The translations under genes and the position numbers were made by a program. A stretch of 57,283 nucleotides of DNA from a virus. Its lineage: Duplodnaviria > Caudoviricetes. Below, one piece after another: positions 34,317 to 44,677 of the stretch. The notes under the pieces were generated by a model, which saw only the letters and a list, made by a program, of their open reading frames with translations, made no database searches and was not told the DNA's origin. Location: positions 1-57,283 of the IMG/VR virus record IMGVR_UViG_3300017914_001352. One strand, written 5' to 3'. How positions within the stretch are numbered: position 1 is the stretch's first letter; every line of letters starts with the position of its first letter.

Positions 34317-34765
34317 TATTTCTCTTCTCTAATTGCTGATCCAAAATAATATCCGAAGATAGACAAGGCTACACCTTCAACGATACCTATAAGGTGAATG
34401 AATATCTCCTTGTTCTCTTCAGGTACATGTAAAAATACGATAGAACAAACAAGAAAAGAGAAGGCTCCTAGACCCACCAAACCTGTAACATTGAATAACC
34501 AATCTTTAGCACCCGCCTTAACCATCTCGGCTTGACGAGTTCGTGCGCTATCACGATCAGCAACTTCGAGTTTGTACATGTCCATTACTTGAGTGTTGAG
34601 TTCCTTCTTCTCATCCGCACTCATGGGTACGGCTGGGTCATCGATCAATCGTTTAACTACACCCAACGCACCTTGATCCGGGAGAAGGTCTCCTACAATA
34701 TCTAAAACTTGAGGTGCTTTTTCCTTAAGCAACTTCCCAATCTTTGTGTCTTTTATCTTTTTCAT
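34316..34765 (-). CDS. Holin (3TM-holin-like)
   Basis: DRDSARTRQ followed by two TM helices ending FGYYFGS. Confidence 0.75.
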   Translation of the reverse strand: MKKIKDTKIGKLLKEKAPQVLDIVGDLLPDQGALGVVKRLIDDPAVPMSADEKKELNTQVMDMYKLEVADRDSARTRQAEMVKAGAKDWLFNVTGLVGLGAFSFLVCSIVFLHVPEENKEIFIHLIGIVEGVALSIFGYYFGSAIREEK

Positions 34766-37700
34766 TCTAATCTTAACACTTTAACAGATTCTCTATTATT
34801 AATAATCTCTTGTCTCATACGATACCAATCAAATATTTGACGAGTACCATCCTCACGAGTCATATAACCTTTTGAATATCTATTGTTTATCTTTTTAACA
34901 ATATTTATTTTGGCTTCATCCGTCAACCTATCCCAAGAGGCAGCACCCACTACAGTTCTTAATTGGGCAGTTCTTTGTTGACCCAACAACATTAGCATCT
35001 CGTTTACTTCGTTGGTAGTAAACTCTACCTTCTCTGATCCACGATTAATTTTATATTCCTTATTAAGTATGAGGCTTGGTATAGAAGGCAATGCATTCTC
35101 ATCGCCAGTTCTACGATATAGGCTATATAGTTCTACCTTAAGAGGGTCATCCGTAGCGAGGCGTGTACCTGTAGGGTCTAGGAATTCATAGAACACAGGG
35201 TCGGTTCCAGGAGGAGTCTGATTAATCTTCTCACCCCAAACATTTATTCGAGCAGGTGCTGGGTTGTCACCTCTACCAAATGCTCCAAAGGTTCTATCAT
35301 AGATTACATTCTTGAATCTATTGGTAAACCCTTCATCACGATAGTCTAACAAGAACTCACGCTCCGCTCTAAAGAATGAGGTGTATATGTTTGGTAACGG
35401 AACCGATACCATAGCACGACTTAACTGCTCGAAGTATTTTGAAACCACATCCATGTCCTCGGTGTTTTGCAACATCTTGGTTAAGTTCTCCATACCTGTC
35501 AAGAACGACTGATCCATCAATGCGCCCAATGTACCGAGGGTGATACCGAAGGAACGCTCAAGGAAAGTACTTACCGCATCCTGCTCTTCAAGACCATATA
35601 CTTTAAGCTCTTCCTCTTTTGAGAAGTTTTGGTCTCTATCAATAACTTGGAATGCTTTAATATACGCTGCCATCACCGCACCCGGTAAACCTAGTTTAGA
35701 GAAACCTACTCTGCGATCAGACGGAAGGAATGGTTCGCCTTGCTCACGACCCATAGCCGATACATTGATAGTAAATGGTGGCTCTACTTCATAGGCTACA
35801 CTACGAGCTTTCGGACTCAACTCATCAACTGCCCCACTAGCAACTCCTTGGTCGTAAAGTCTACGAGCAAATAAGAATAGCATGTACCCCATAAGAGCGG
35901 TTGCTAGTTTCTCTGATCTATCTCGTGCCTTCATCCCCGGTACAAATGCTTGAGCAAATGTAAGTGGGAACAATGTCAACTCTAGTGATTGTGATAGGAT
36001 GTTAAATGGAGTCTTAACAAAAGGGAAGTTAGACTTCACCATAAACTTCATAGCGTTACCAAAGACTCTTGTCAAAGCACTATCACTTGCAGCACCAATG
36101 CTTCCCGCTTTGTTGAACCATGACTGTACCTTTTCGGTAGTTAAAAGTCCTAGCAATACTGTCGAGTCGTTTTCTTGGAAGGTTAACTTAAGACCCTTTT
36201 GACGAGCAATATTCATATGCTCTTCGGTAGGATACTTTAAGAATTGTTTTAGCGACTCTCCTTCAAGACCTAGTTTCTTACCCTGTTGATACAACTCGTA
36301 TCCTTCCATACCTCTATAGAATGGTCGGTCACCAAGCACAAGAAGTTTGAAGTTACCAGCAGCGGTCAAACCAAAGATACCCTCGAATAACTTTTTAGTC
36401 TTGTAGTTCATAAAGTCTAGTTGACCATGGAACTCTTGCGGTAGGTTTTCTTTTCCTCTACCAAAGACTGTGGCTAGTGCTACTAGTGGTCGGAGTTGAT
36501 ATCCTGCGGTGTATTCAAAATCCCCTGGAGCCTTGCCCGTCTTGATGCTCTTGTATGCTTCCTTCAATCCGTACCACGATCTTTGCGCTCCATAAATCAT
36601 AGCCCCAAACGAAGGACGAATTTCACGACCTTTAGGGTCTAGCATAAAGTTGATAGGTGCTGCAATAAGTTGCTCCCCTAATCGTAGTGGTAAGGTAAAT
36701 GCGTTCGCAATGACGTTCGTTGTAATAGAACGAAGAGTAAGAAGGTTACCTTGCATGATGGTAGACAATAGTGTCCCCCATGATGGAGCATTGAACTTTT
36801 GGAATTCGTTGATACCACCTATTGCTTTCTCCAATCTATCTTGCGCCTCTTGAACTTTTTTATCAAGGGTGTCAAAGTTATTAGGATCAGTTTCTAATAC
36901 CTCGGATACAACCTTGTCGTACTCGTTCTTTGCGGACATGTACTCGTCAACAATTTGAGTAAGTTCTTGTAGTGATTCATCTTTTAGTGGAGTGCCTTTT
37001 TGCTCGTACTCATTCGCAATAATCGAAACCATACCATCAACAGTCTTGCCTTTGATTTCTCCAAACTGACGGAGCAGTTGACCAAAGGTTGTACCCATCT
37101 TGGTAAGTTTCGCAAGTTCCACCTTGTACGCATTCATGTTGCCTTGCTTTCTCAAACGCTCTAGGTACTCGACTTGTGCAAGTACTAGTATGTTACCATC
37201 GGTTGAGAAGTCCGTTCCTCTAGAATCATCGGATATCATTCGCAAGATGTCCGTATCTAATAAGGATACAATCTCCGCCGTAGTCATCCCCATCAACTGC
37301 TCTCTTGAAGCATTGATACTTTGAGGCTTGTAGAAGAAGTCCGCTCCCTCATCTTTAGAACGAAGCGTTCCTTTGGCTGCTCTTCTCTTTGCTTTAAGAA
37401 TAGTTTCGGAAAACGCAATCTCTTGAGGTGTTCCTGTCTTAAGCATGTCCACGAACTTCCTCGTGGCTTGGCGCATTTTTAGGTTAGCTCGCCCGGTATC
37501 GTTGCTAGTATTTCCGGGTGTACTTCCTGGGGTACTTGTTCCGCTAGGTAAATCTCCTCCAGCCAAGTCTCCTTCGTTAGTGGTTTCCCCTTGCGTAGTA
37601 TTTCCTTCGCTACTAGAAGGTCGGTGCCAGAAAGGGTGCTTAATATTTGTTCCCCTTGGAGTTTCTGTGTCTGTGTCTTTTTCATCGAAGTATTTTTTAA

Positions 37701-40700
37701 TTTCATTTTGTACATCTTCAATCGCCTCTCCTTGATAGTCCTTGTAGATTTGAGCAATGTCTGATCTACTAGATTCATCACGAAGAGTTGACGGCATTAA
37801 TAATCGAATTACCTCCCATGTGATAGACTGCATTTCACGAGGTAGTATTCCTCGTTGATTTGCTGCCTCGGTATATGCATCAAGGTATGCCCAATAGTTT
37901 CCAGATAATCCATTCACCTTTTGGTTCATGATACCTGATCCAAAGTTCTCGTTTACCGCTGCACTCTTTTGACCATAAGGCATAAGTTCAGCCGCAGCAA
38001 CCGCATGGGTATCCATAGTCACATCACCATCGGTAGCATCTGGGTTAGCGATGTTGTTGTAGAAGTGTCTGATCTTGTGACTACCACCGAGCAGTTCGCT
38101 AATCATTGCAACGTCATTGTTCTCAAACATCGTGATTGCTTTAGCCATATTGCTAAAACTTTGAGTCACAACCTTTCTAGCATTACCATCCTTTGTTGTA
38201 TAGATACCAAGATCGTCCCCAACAGGATTGTACGCTTGAATAGTAGAAGGCATGTATACCTCTCTAAAGTATCTTACAAACTTCGCTTTCTCTAGAGCAT
38301 CCATACTAGAAAGTGTTCTTCCTCGTAGGTTGTCCATAGACTCTTTGAATGAGTTGAAACTATCTCTATCCTTCTTCAATAGTTTCGATGCAGTCATCTT
38401 CTTGCCTTTGGCTTTCTTCTTGTATGTGCTACTATTGACACCCGTTTGTCTATACGACTCGAGCTTTCTTTCAATAGCGGTGTTGTACATCACATCATCA
38501 AAAGTAGAGTTTTGTTGATTGTATAAAACCTCAACAATGTTATATGCATTTTGAATATTGATAAACCAATCCGCACCTGGTGACAATGCAGCGAGGATAC
38601 CCGCCGACTGCTCAACGCTTATATCGTACTTACCCGACATGTCCTTCGCAATCTTGTTAGCACCATCGTACCATCTACGCATGTACTCACGAATCTCTGG
38701 ATCAGCGAGGTCATGTAGGTATAGAAGGTTAGAAACAACACGCTCTTTAAATGTAGCGTATATTCCATCTGCCCATTCTTTTTGGCTTTGTAGTTTCATA
38801 GAGCCATTGTCGATTGCTGATTTTGGATTTAAGACAACCATGTTCTCTACAGTGCGTGGGCTTTTAGTTTGGTCTGCCTGCTGATCTACAAAAGACACCG
38901 CATCAAAACCCGCCGACTCAAGAGCAGCAAAATATTTCTTACGCTCTCTAGGATTAAGTATAAATGGAATATCCTCTAAAGAAAAATTTCTAGCCTCCAT
39001 ACCCTCTATGTCTATTAACATAAAGAACATAGCATCTCCAGTCGCATCATACTGCGCCATCTTTGAAGGGAACAGTTGTCTTGCTATCTCTAGTGCTTGG
39101 TCTTGAGAAGCAACCTTTGATTCCAATACATAAACAGGGTTGACTAGTTTAGGATTAGATTTTTCCTCGGCATCTTGAAGGCGTTGGTAATCTGCGGCTT
39201 CACTTTCTTCGGGAGATATGTATAGTGGTCTATCGTTAGAGATTTCTTCTAGACCGAAACCACCATGATATAGAGTGACCATACCTTCTCTAGAGTAGTC
39301 CTCTTTCGGCATGTTATCAATAAAAGGTGGAACCTCTTGATCGACCATTAGCGGATGGCGTTCCGTACTTGTCAACGCTATTGCGTGTTCTACATAGATA
39401 GGTTTCTTGTTTTTATTTGGAGCAGCCAATGAGCGTACAGTTGCCGCAGTCATGTCCATGATATCGGTTGACTTGCCTTTGCTTACCGCAATACCTTGAC
39501 CAACTCTTTGCGCTGCAACGATGCCTTCTTTTAGTGCCTTAATAGATTCGGCATTCAATGCAGCACGACCTCCAAGGATTTCGTTTCTTGCTTTATCAAC
39601 CTTGTCCTTAACCTTTTGTTGGAAGCCTAGAGTGTATGCTTTAGTATAGTCACCATCTTCCATCATGATGGTATGGTTCTCCATCCATGATAAGTATTCA
39701 AGGCGTTTGTATGGGTCGCTAATATTATCGGCATCGTTAACCAACTGATCCATCGTACCCGGAACTTGATCAGGGCTAGTCAAATACCATGACACATCAC
39801 CCATCTTGCTAGTGTAGAAACTATACTCTTTTTGGCGTGTCTCTTCTAGTTTACCCTCACCTACCATATCTTCATGGAAACGCTTCATTCTCTCGTAGTT
39901 AGGCGTATTGATAGGACGGATTTGTTGAAGCACAGGGTTTGGGAAGTCGTTGGTAGTACCTGCTTCAAAGGCAAGAGAATATGAACTTATGTCCGTACTT
40001 GGGGCTCCAAGGTCTACAAGTTCTATCAACATATTTTTCATGCCTCGTGTGAACACACCAAAGCCCTCGACATCAATCATGTCAAATACGCTGTAGTTCT
40101 TTTCGAACATATCGTTGAACCCTGCCTTGAATGCTAACCTTGTATCGGTAAACTCTCGACCTTCCGCATAGACTCTATTAAACATGTTATTAATAAAGCC
40201 ATCCATGTCGGCAATAGTCACATCGATATATGCCTTTGCAGTTTCTTTTGCTTTTTCTTCTATCTCAATTCTTTCCGAAGGTGGTGTATTATCAAAAGCA
40301 CTACCTAGAACATAGTCATGAAGTTTTTTAGCGTTGCCGTATATGTTTGCGTAGAAGTTTTTACTTGGGTCAAAGGCAAGTTTTCCCATCACTCTTTCTA
40401 CCTCATCACGATAGAACTCTGGATTATCTTCCATTGTCCCAAAATCCTTTTCATTGATTTTGACCGCCGACATAGAAAGCATGGCTTGTTGCATTGGTCC
40501 AGCAGCAATCATATTGTACATGTCCTCCATAAGTTCTGAAACTTCTGGGTACAACATGCTCATATCATATGGTTGACCATTAATAGCGAGCTTTGTCTTT
40601 TCTCCCGGTAGCGGAGACAACTTAAATAGTCTTGGACGAAGTCGGCTTCCAGGGTCAAGGGCAGTCATTTTTTTATCTCGTGCCTCAAACCCAAATCCAA

Positions 40701-43700
40701 ACTGCTCTTCAAATTGCTCTCTTGTTTCTGGTAAGAAGAAGTTACCTGCTACGATTGGGACACGAACATTTCTTGGCTTGACCAATAGACCCTTGGTAGA
40801 TACGTCAATGTCGTTTTTGTATTGATAGAAATCTAAATAGAATTCCAACATATAGTCTTTAGCACCATCAAGGCTTTGAGAAGCAAGATCGAACACCTCG
40901 GTCATAAACGCCGGGGTAAATGTACTTGGGTCATCAATATCCATAGAAGCAATATCGCCTTCGGTAGGTTCAATCACAGGTCTATTCATGAAAGACTCGG
41001 CTTGTACAATAAATGCTTCTTGACGAGCTCCTGCAACTTGCTTGATGGTTTTTGCATTTAGACCTAATGCTTTTGTAAGCATGTTGATATTAGCACGACC
41101 ACCATCAGGAACAGGCTTGGTTCTAAATGGTGTTGATACATCTTGCTTAATTGCTCTACCTTGTCGAGAAGCGAATGCAAATGTTTCGGCTAGTCTATCT
41201 AAAGAAGTATCATCGGTAATCGTTAGGTCTTTAAATCCAATAGCAGATAAAGCACGATTAATAATTCTTCTGATCTTGGCTTTTATTGAAGAATCAATTT
41301 GATTCATGTTCTCGCTATAAGAAGTAAGTACACGAATAACCGCTTCTTCTTGAACCATAGCCTCAATACCTTCAGGGGTCATTCCTAGTCGCTTACCCTC
41401 TGCTTGATATGCGCTAATAAACGCATCCATATCAGGAGCAAGTGCTGGGTTCTTTTTAACAAGGTCTAATACTTCTTGATATAATCGAGTACGAACCTTG
41501 TCGTCCGACATAATACCACCAAGACCCGCGTGTGCAAACTCTTCTCGAATTACCGCATCGCTAGAGTCGACAGTAATGTTGATGGTATTGTTATTGAAGT
41601 TGTAATACGCATCATAACCTTGAGTGTTGTTTGCTCTATTCAAGTCTTCGGTATTATTCCAAATAACTATACGAACATCACTACCAATATTTTCTCGTAA
41701 GGCTTTTACAAGGTTGTTTACTGTTTGGGCTACACGCTCACTAACACCACCTCTTGGAGTAATGGTATTTATTCCGCTTGTTAGAGCAGGTTTTGGAGCA
41801 GGTGCTTCAGGTTCACTAGGTGCTTCTTCTACAGGCTCTTCTGGAAGTGGGGGAGTTTCCTCGCTAGGAATAACAACCTGATCACCTTCCTCTGTCTCTT
41901 CTGTAGTAGGTTCCGTACTAGTCTCGGTCTCTTCTACTGGACCACCCATTTCCGCTTCAATAAAGTCGCCAATAACATCGTTTAAAGAACGAGTATCCTT
42001 GTTGTTGGTTTGTGGTTGGCTAAAGTAATATGCAATCTCTTGCGCCACCTCTCCTCGGAAAGTTCTATTGCGCCCCTTGGAATCTTTTAAGGTTACACTT
42101 ACAACCTCACCATCTTCATTTAAATTAATAGACCTCTTACCACGAGGAGCAGTATACTCTTTACCTCTAATAGTAAACGATCCGTCTTCGTTTAGGTTAG
42201 AAACAAAAGAACCAAACCCTGCCTCTTCAATAGTCTGTCCTTCTAGTTCAGAGATGTTGCCTAGTTCAACAACGCCACCATCGGCTTCTGTCACAGAAAC
42301 CTTACCGCCTTCGTCAATCGTTAATAATCCACGAGCGATTTGACCCGTAGGCAACTTAACTACAGTTTGTTCGCCATTAAGTTGTTCAATGGTAGGTGTC
42401 GGCTCTTCTTGTACAATAGGCGCACCTGGTGCAGGTTCAACACTTGATTCAACACCTGGAATAATCTCTGCTTGTACAGTCCCCGGTCTTGCCTCTTGAG
42501 GGTTTATAATGTTTTGTATATCACCATATAGTTTACCAATCTCACGAATAACCGCTTTACGACCCGGATCAGATTTCTTAAAACGCTTAAGTTCAACCAT
42601 CATATCGTTCATCTGTCTCGTCTTTTCGCCTACGGCTTTACGATCAGCGACCGATAGATTTTGTAGTGTTTCTATGTTTCTATTTAGCGTTTCATACTTT
42701 TGATTCTGTAGGGTTCTTACATTCTGTCTATGCGTTGCACGAGCCTCCTTGCTTTTCGCTTTACGAGCAGCCTGTCTTTCTTCTTTGATACGCTGATCAA
42801 TAGAACGAACTTCATTGTAATTCATTGCGGAAGCCACAGTCGTAAGTTCATGTGAGTCGTTATTGAGAATAGCAAATCGCATGTACTGCTTTTCTGCGGC
42901 ACTCATCTCTTTACCCTTGACTGCATTGAAGGCTTTCATTGGAGCAGTTTGTACTGTTTGACCGATGAACTCTAATGCAATACCCTTCACATCGTAAATC
43001 TCTCCTGTCTCAACAACTTGACCTAGAGCCTCACCCGCTGCCCCCATAGTGGCTTCGGTCAACTCTCGATATGCGGCAGATTTCAAGAAAGAAGCACCGC
43101 CCTTCATAAGGCGTTTGTATATAGCACTTGCCGTACCATAACTCATCATATCGACAATAGCAATAGGAATACCTTTAGCCAAACCTCTAGTACGAGCTTC
43201 ACTCATCGCCTCTGGATTTTCAAAGGCTTTTGCTAACTCTTGTGGATTGGTAGTGTCGTAACCAAGTTCTTGGAAAACCTCTAGTACTTTAGAAGAATAC
43301 TCAAGGGCAAGACCTTCCTTACCATATAGCATTTTGATTGCGGTAGAAATCCCCGCCCCTTCAGTTACAGCACCAACACCCGCGATAAAAGAAAGGTTAT
43401 AAGCATCCGCAAAAACACCTGTCGTCAAGGCAACGGCAGATTCAAAAATAGGAGAAATAACACTAGATATTACAGTGTCAAGACCAGTGAGGAAAGCATT
43501 ATCTGTGTCCCAACCTACTTGCTGGTTATCACGCATCAACTTTTGATAGTATGCTAAACGCTCATAATCGATCTCATGCAAAAAACTAGAGATTGGGTCA
43601 AGCATATCTGACTGCATTCTACTAATGATAGCACGATTGTAAAAGCGCACTAAATCTTTGCCGACCCCTGTCTCATCGCCGGGAGCGTTCTCTTCGTCAA

Positions 43701-44673
43701 TAAGCCAAAAAGAAAAGTAGTCCTCACCTGGTGTAAGGAAGTCCTCGTGAAACGCATTATGACTATGTAGTTTTACTCCGAGTTCTTCGGCTGCACTATA
43801 CATCTCGTCTTCAGTTAAACCTTTGTCTAACCAATTTGCAACAAAAAGACCTTCTTGCTTGGCTGCTTGAAATGACATAGGAGAAGTATAAAACCTCTCT
43901 CTATTTTCTATCGTCATATTATCACCAAACTGTGCAACCCGATCTCTATCAAAACCCTGAATAAACAAGTTGTCGGTGTAGGCATTGATAGTCATGCCTT
44001 TTTCTCTAGCATCTTTTATAATACTACCCGCTGCGTTTTGAGATGCCTCTTCTGAATACCCGTAATATTGATAAAGGTCAACTAATTGTTTGGCAGATAT
44101 ATCCTCAACACTTTCATAAACACCAAGTTCATCCATTCGCTGATTTTCAGCAAATGCTTCCGCTTCTCTGTCTTCTGCGTATATAGTTTCGGGGAACGGA
44201 TTGTCCGCCGTTAGTTGTTCAAAAAGTAATGGGTTGCTTCTTTGAAGTTCTAGTGGGTTGGCTCGATACTTACTATTCCAATCGTCAAACCATTGTTGTT
44301 GAGCATTAGAGGTTGCTTCTTCATCGATAACCCCTGGACTATACTGCCCACTATAGTTAAACCCTAGACCTCCAGCATATGGTGAGTCTTCCGAGTTTGA
44401 ATTGGAAAAATCTAGAGGTTGAAAGTTCCCGTCCGCATCCGTGTAACCCCGACCCCTTGCAGCAATGGCAGATGCTTCCTCGTCTTTTTTTTTTTGGATC
44501 AGTTCATTACGAATTTCGCCCATTGCACTTCTTAATTGTACAAGGTCGAATCCTTGGCTTAAACCACCACGAAGGATATTGTTTTCATATTCTTGAAGTT
44601 GACCTTGGTCTTCAAGGTCGAAGTAGTCATCACCAAATTGACTTCTTAAATATTCTAGAATTTCTTCGTCCAT
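34762..44673 (-). CDS. 3303-aa polyvalent ejection/internal virion protein (metallopeptidase-like, ART-like and glycosylase-like domains)
   Basis: Size and position after ejection genes; REEFAHAG; TLYHGG...LYIS...GFDAV; WYDGAN...LAALSP...VTMDTHA...MQSITW. Confidence 0.7.
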   Translation of the reverse strand: MDEEILEYLRSQFGDDYFDLEDQGQLQEYENNILRGGLSQGFDLVQLRSAMGEIRNELIQKKKDEEASAIAARGRGYTDADGNFQPLDFSNSNSEDSPYAGGLGFNYSGQYSPGVIDEEATSNAQQQWFDDWNSKYRANPLELQRSNPLLFEQLTADNPFPETIYAEDREAEAFAENQRMDELGVYESVEDISAKQLVDLYQYYGYSEEASQNAAGSIIKDAREKGMTINAYTDNLFIQGFDRDRVAQFGDNMTIENRERFYTSPMSFQAAKQEGLFVANWLDKGLTEDEMYSAAEELGVKLHSHNAFHEDFLTPGEDYFSFWLIDEENAPGDETGVGKDLVRFYNRAIISRMQSDMLDPISSFLHEIDYERLAYYQKLMRDNQQVGWDTDNAFLTGLDTVISSVISPIFESAVALTTGVFADAYNLSFIAGVGAVTEGAGISTAIKMLYGKEGLALEYSSKVLEVFQELGYDTTNPQELAKAFENPEAMSEARTRGLAKGIPIAIVDMMSYGTASAIYKRLMKGGASFLKSAAYRELTEATMGAAGEALGQVVETGEIYDVKGIALEFIGQTVQTAPMKAFNAVKGKEMSAAEKQYMRFAILNNDSHELTTVASAMNYNEVRSIDQRIKEERQAARKAKSKEARATHRQNVRTLQNQKYETLNRNIETLQNLSVADRKAVGEKTRQMNDMMVELKRFKKSDPGRKAVIREIGKLYGDIQNIINPQEARPGTVQAEIIPGVESSVEPAPGAPIVQEEPTPTIEQLNGEQTVVKLPTGQIARGLLTIDEGGKVSVTEADGGVVELGNISELEGQTIEEAGFGSFVSNLNEDGSFTIRGKEYTAPRGKRSINLNEDGEVVSVTLKDSKGRNRTFRGEVAQEIAYYFSQPQTNNKDTRSLNDVIGDFIEAEMGGPVEETETSTEPTTEETEEGDQVVIPSEETPPLPEEPVEEAPSEPEAPAPKPALTSGINTITPRGGVSERVAQTVNNLVKALRENIGSDVRIVIWNNTEDLNRANNTQGYDAYYNFNNNTINITVDSSDAVIREEFAHAGLGGIMSDDKVRTRLYQEVLDLVKKNPALAPDMDAFISAYQAEGKRLGMTPEGIEAMVQEEAVIRVLTSYSENMNQIDSSIKAKIRRIINRALSAIGFKDLTITDDTSLDRLAETFAFASRQGRAIKQDVSTPFRTKPVPDGGRANINMLTKALGLNAKTIKQVAGARQEAFIVQAESFMNRPVIEPTEGDIASMDIDDPSTFTPAFMTEVFDLASQSLDGAKDYMLEFYLDFYQYKNDIDVSTKGLLVKPRNVRVPIVAGNFFLPETREQFEEQFGFGFEARDKKMTALDPGSRLRPRLFKLSPLPGEKTKLAINGQPYDMSMLYPEVSELMEDMYNMIAAGPMQQAMLSMSAVKINEKDFGTMEDNPEFYRDEVERVMGKLAFDPSKNFYANIYGNAKKLHDYVLGSAFDNTPPSERIEIEEKAKETAKAYIDVTIADMDGFINNMFNRVYAEGREFTDTRLAFKAGFNDMFEKNYSVFDMIDVEGFGVFTRGMKNMLIELVDLGAPSTDISSYSLAFEAGTTNDFPNPVLQQIRPINTPNYERMKRFHEDMVGEGKLEETRQKEYSFYTSKMGDVSWYLTSPDQVPGTMDQLVNDADNISDPYKRLEYLSWMENHTIMMEDGDYTKAYTLGFQQKVKDKVDKARNEILGGRAALNAESIKALKEGIVAAQRVGQGIAVSKGKSTDIMDMTAATVRSLAAPNKNKKPIYVEHAIALTSTERHPLMVDQEVPPFIDNMPKEDYSREGMVTLYHGGFGLEEISNDRPLYISPEESEAADYQRLQDAEEKSNPKLVNPVYVLESKVASQDQALEIARQLFPSKMAQYDATGDAMFFMLIDIEGMEARNFSLEDIPFILNPRERKKYFAALESAGFDAVSFVDQQADQTKSPRTVENMVVLNPKSAIDNGSMKLQSQKEWADGIYATFKERVVSNLLYLHDLADPEIREYMRRWYDGANKIAKDMSGKYDISVEQSAGILAALSPGADWFINIQNAYNIVEVLYNQQNSTFDDVMYNTAIERKLESYRQTGVNSSTYKKKAKGKKMTASKLLKKDRDSFNSFKESMDNLRGRTLSSMDALEKAKFVRYFREVYMPSTIQAYNPVGDDLGIYTTKDGNARKVVTQSFSNMAKAITMFENNDVAMISELLGGSHKIRHFYNNIANPDATDGDVTMDTHAVAAAELMPYGQKSAAVNENFGSGIMNQKVNGLSGNYWAYLDAYTEAANQRGILPREMQSITWEVIRLLMPSTLRDESSRSDIAQIYKDYQGEAIEDVQNEIKKYFDEKDTDTETPRGTNIKHPFWHRPSSSEGNTTQGETTNEGDLAGGDLPSGTSTPGSTPGNTSNDTGRANLKMRQATRKFVDMLKTGTPQEIAFSETILKAKRRAAKGTLRSKDEGADFFYKPQSINASREQLMGMTTAEIVSLLDTDILRMISDDSRGTDFSTDGNILVLAQVEYLERLRKQGNMNAYKVELAKLTKMGTTFGQLLRQFGEIKGKTVDGMVSIIANEYEQKGTPLKDESLQELTQIVDEYMSAKNEYDKVVSEVLETDPNNFDTLDKKVQEAQDRLEKAIGGINEFQKFNAPSWGTLLSTIMQGNLLTLRSITTNVIANAFTLPLRLGEQLIAAPINFMLDPKGREIRPSFGAMIYGAQRSWYGLKEAYKSIKTGKAPGDFEYTAGYQLRPLVALATVFGRGKENLPQEFHGQLDFMNYKTKKLFEGIFGLTAAGNFKLLVLGDRPFYRGMEGYELYQQGKKLGLEGESLKQFLKYPTEEHMNIARQKGLKLTFQENDSTVLLGLLTTEKVQSWFNKAGSIGAASDSALTRVFGNAMKFMVKSNFPFVKTPFNILSQSLELTLFPLTFAQAFVPGMKARDRSEKLATALMGYMLFLFARRLYDQGVASGAVDELSPKARSVAYEVEPPFTINVSAMGREQGEPFLPSDRRVGFSKLGLPGAVMAAYIKAFQVIDRDQNFSKEEELKVYGLEEQDAVSTFLERSFGITLGTLGALMDQSFLTGMENLTKMLQNTEDMDVVSKYFEQLSRAMVSVPLPNIYTSFFRAEREFLLDYRDEGFTNRFKNVIYDRTFGAFGRGDNPAPARINVWGEKINQTPPGTDPVFYEFLDPTGTRLATDDPLKVELYSLYRRTGDENALPSIPSLILNKEYKINRGSEKVEFTTNEVNEMLMLLGQQRTAQLRTVVGAASWDRLTDEAKINIVKKINNRYSKGYMTREDGTRQIFDWYRMRQEIINNRESVKVLRLE

Positions 44674-44677
44674 GCCT

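Noticed and set aside
34762-44673. Giant ORF as a virion RNA polymerase
   Set aside because: No recognisable RNAP catalytic motif; ART-, peptidase- and glycosylase-like motifs instead (by eye only)
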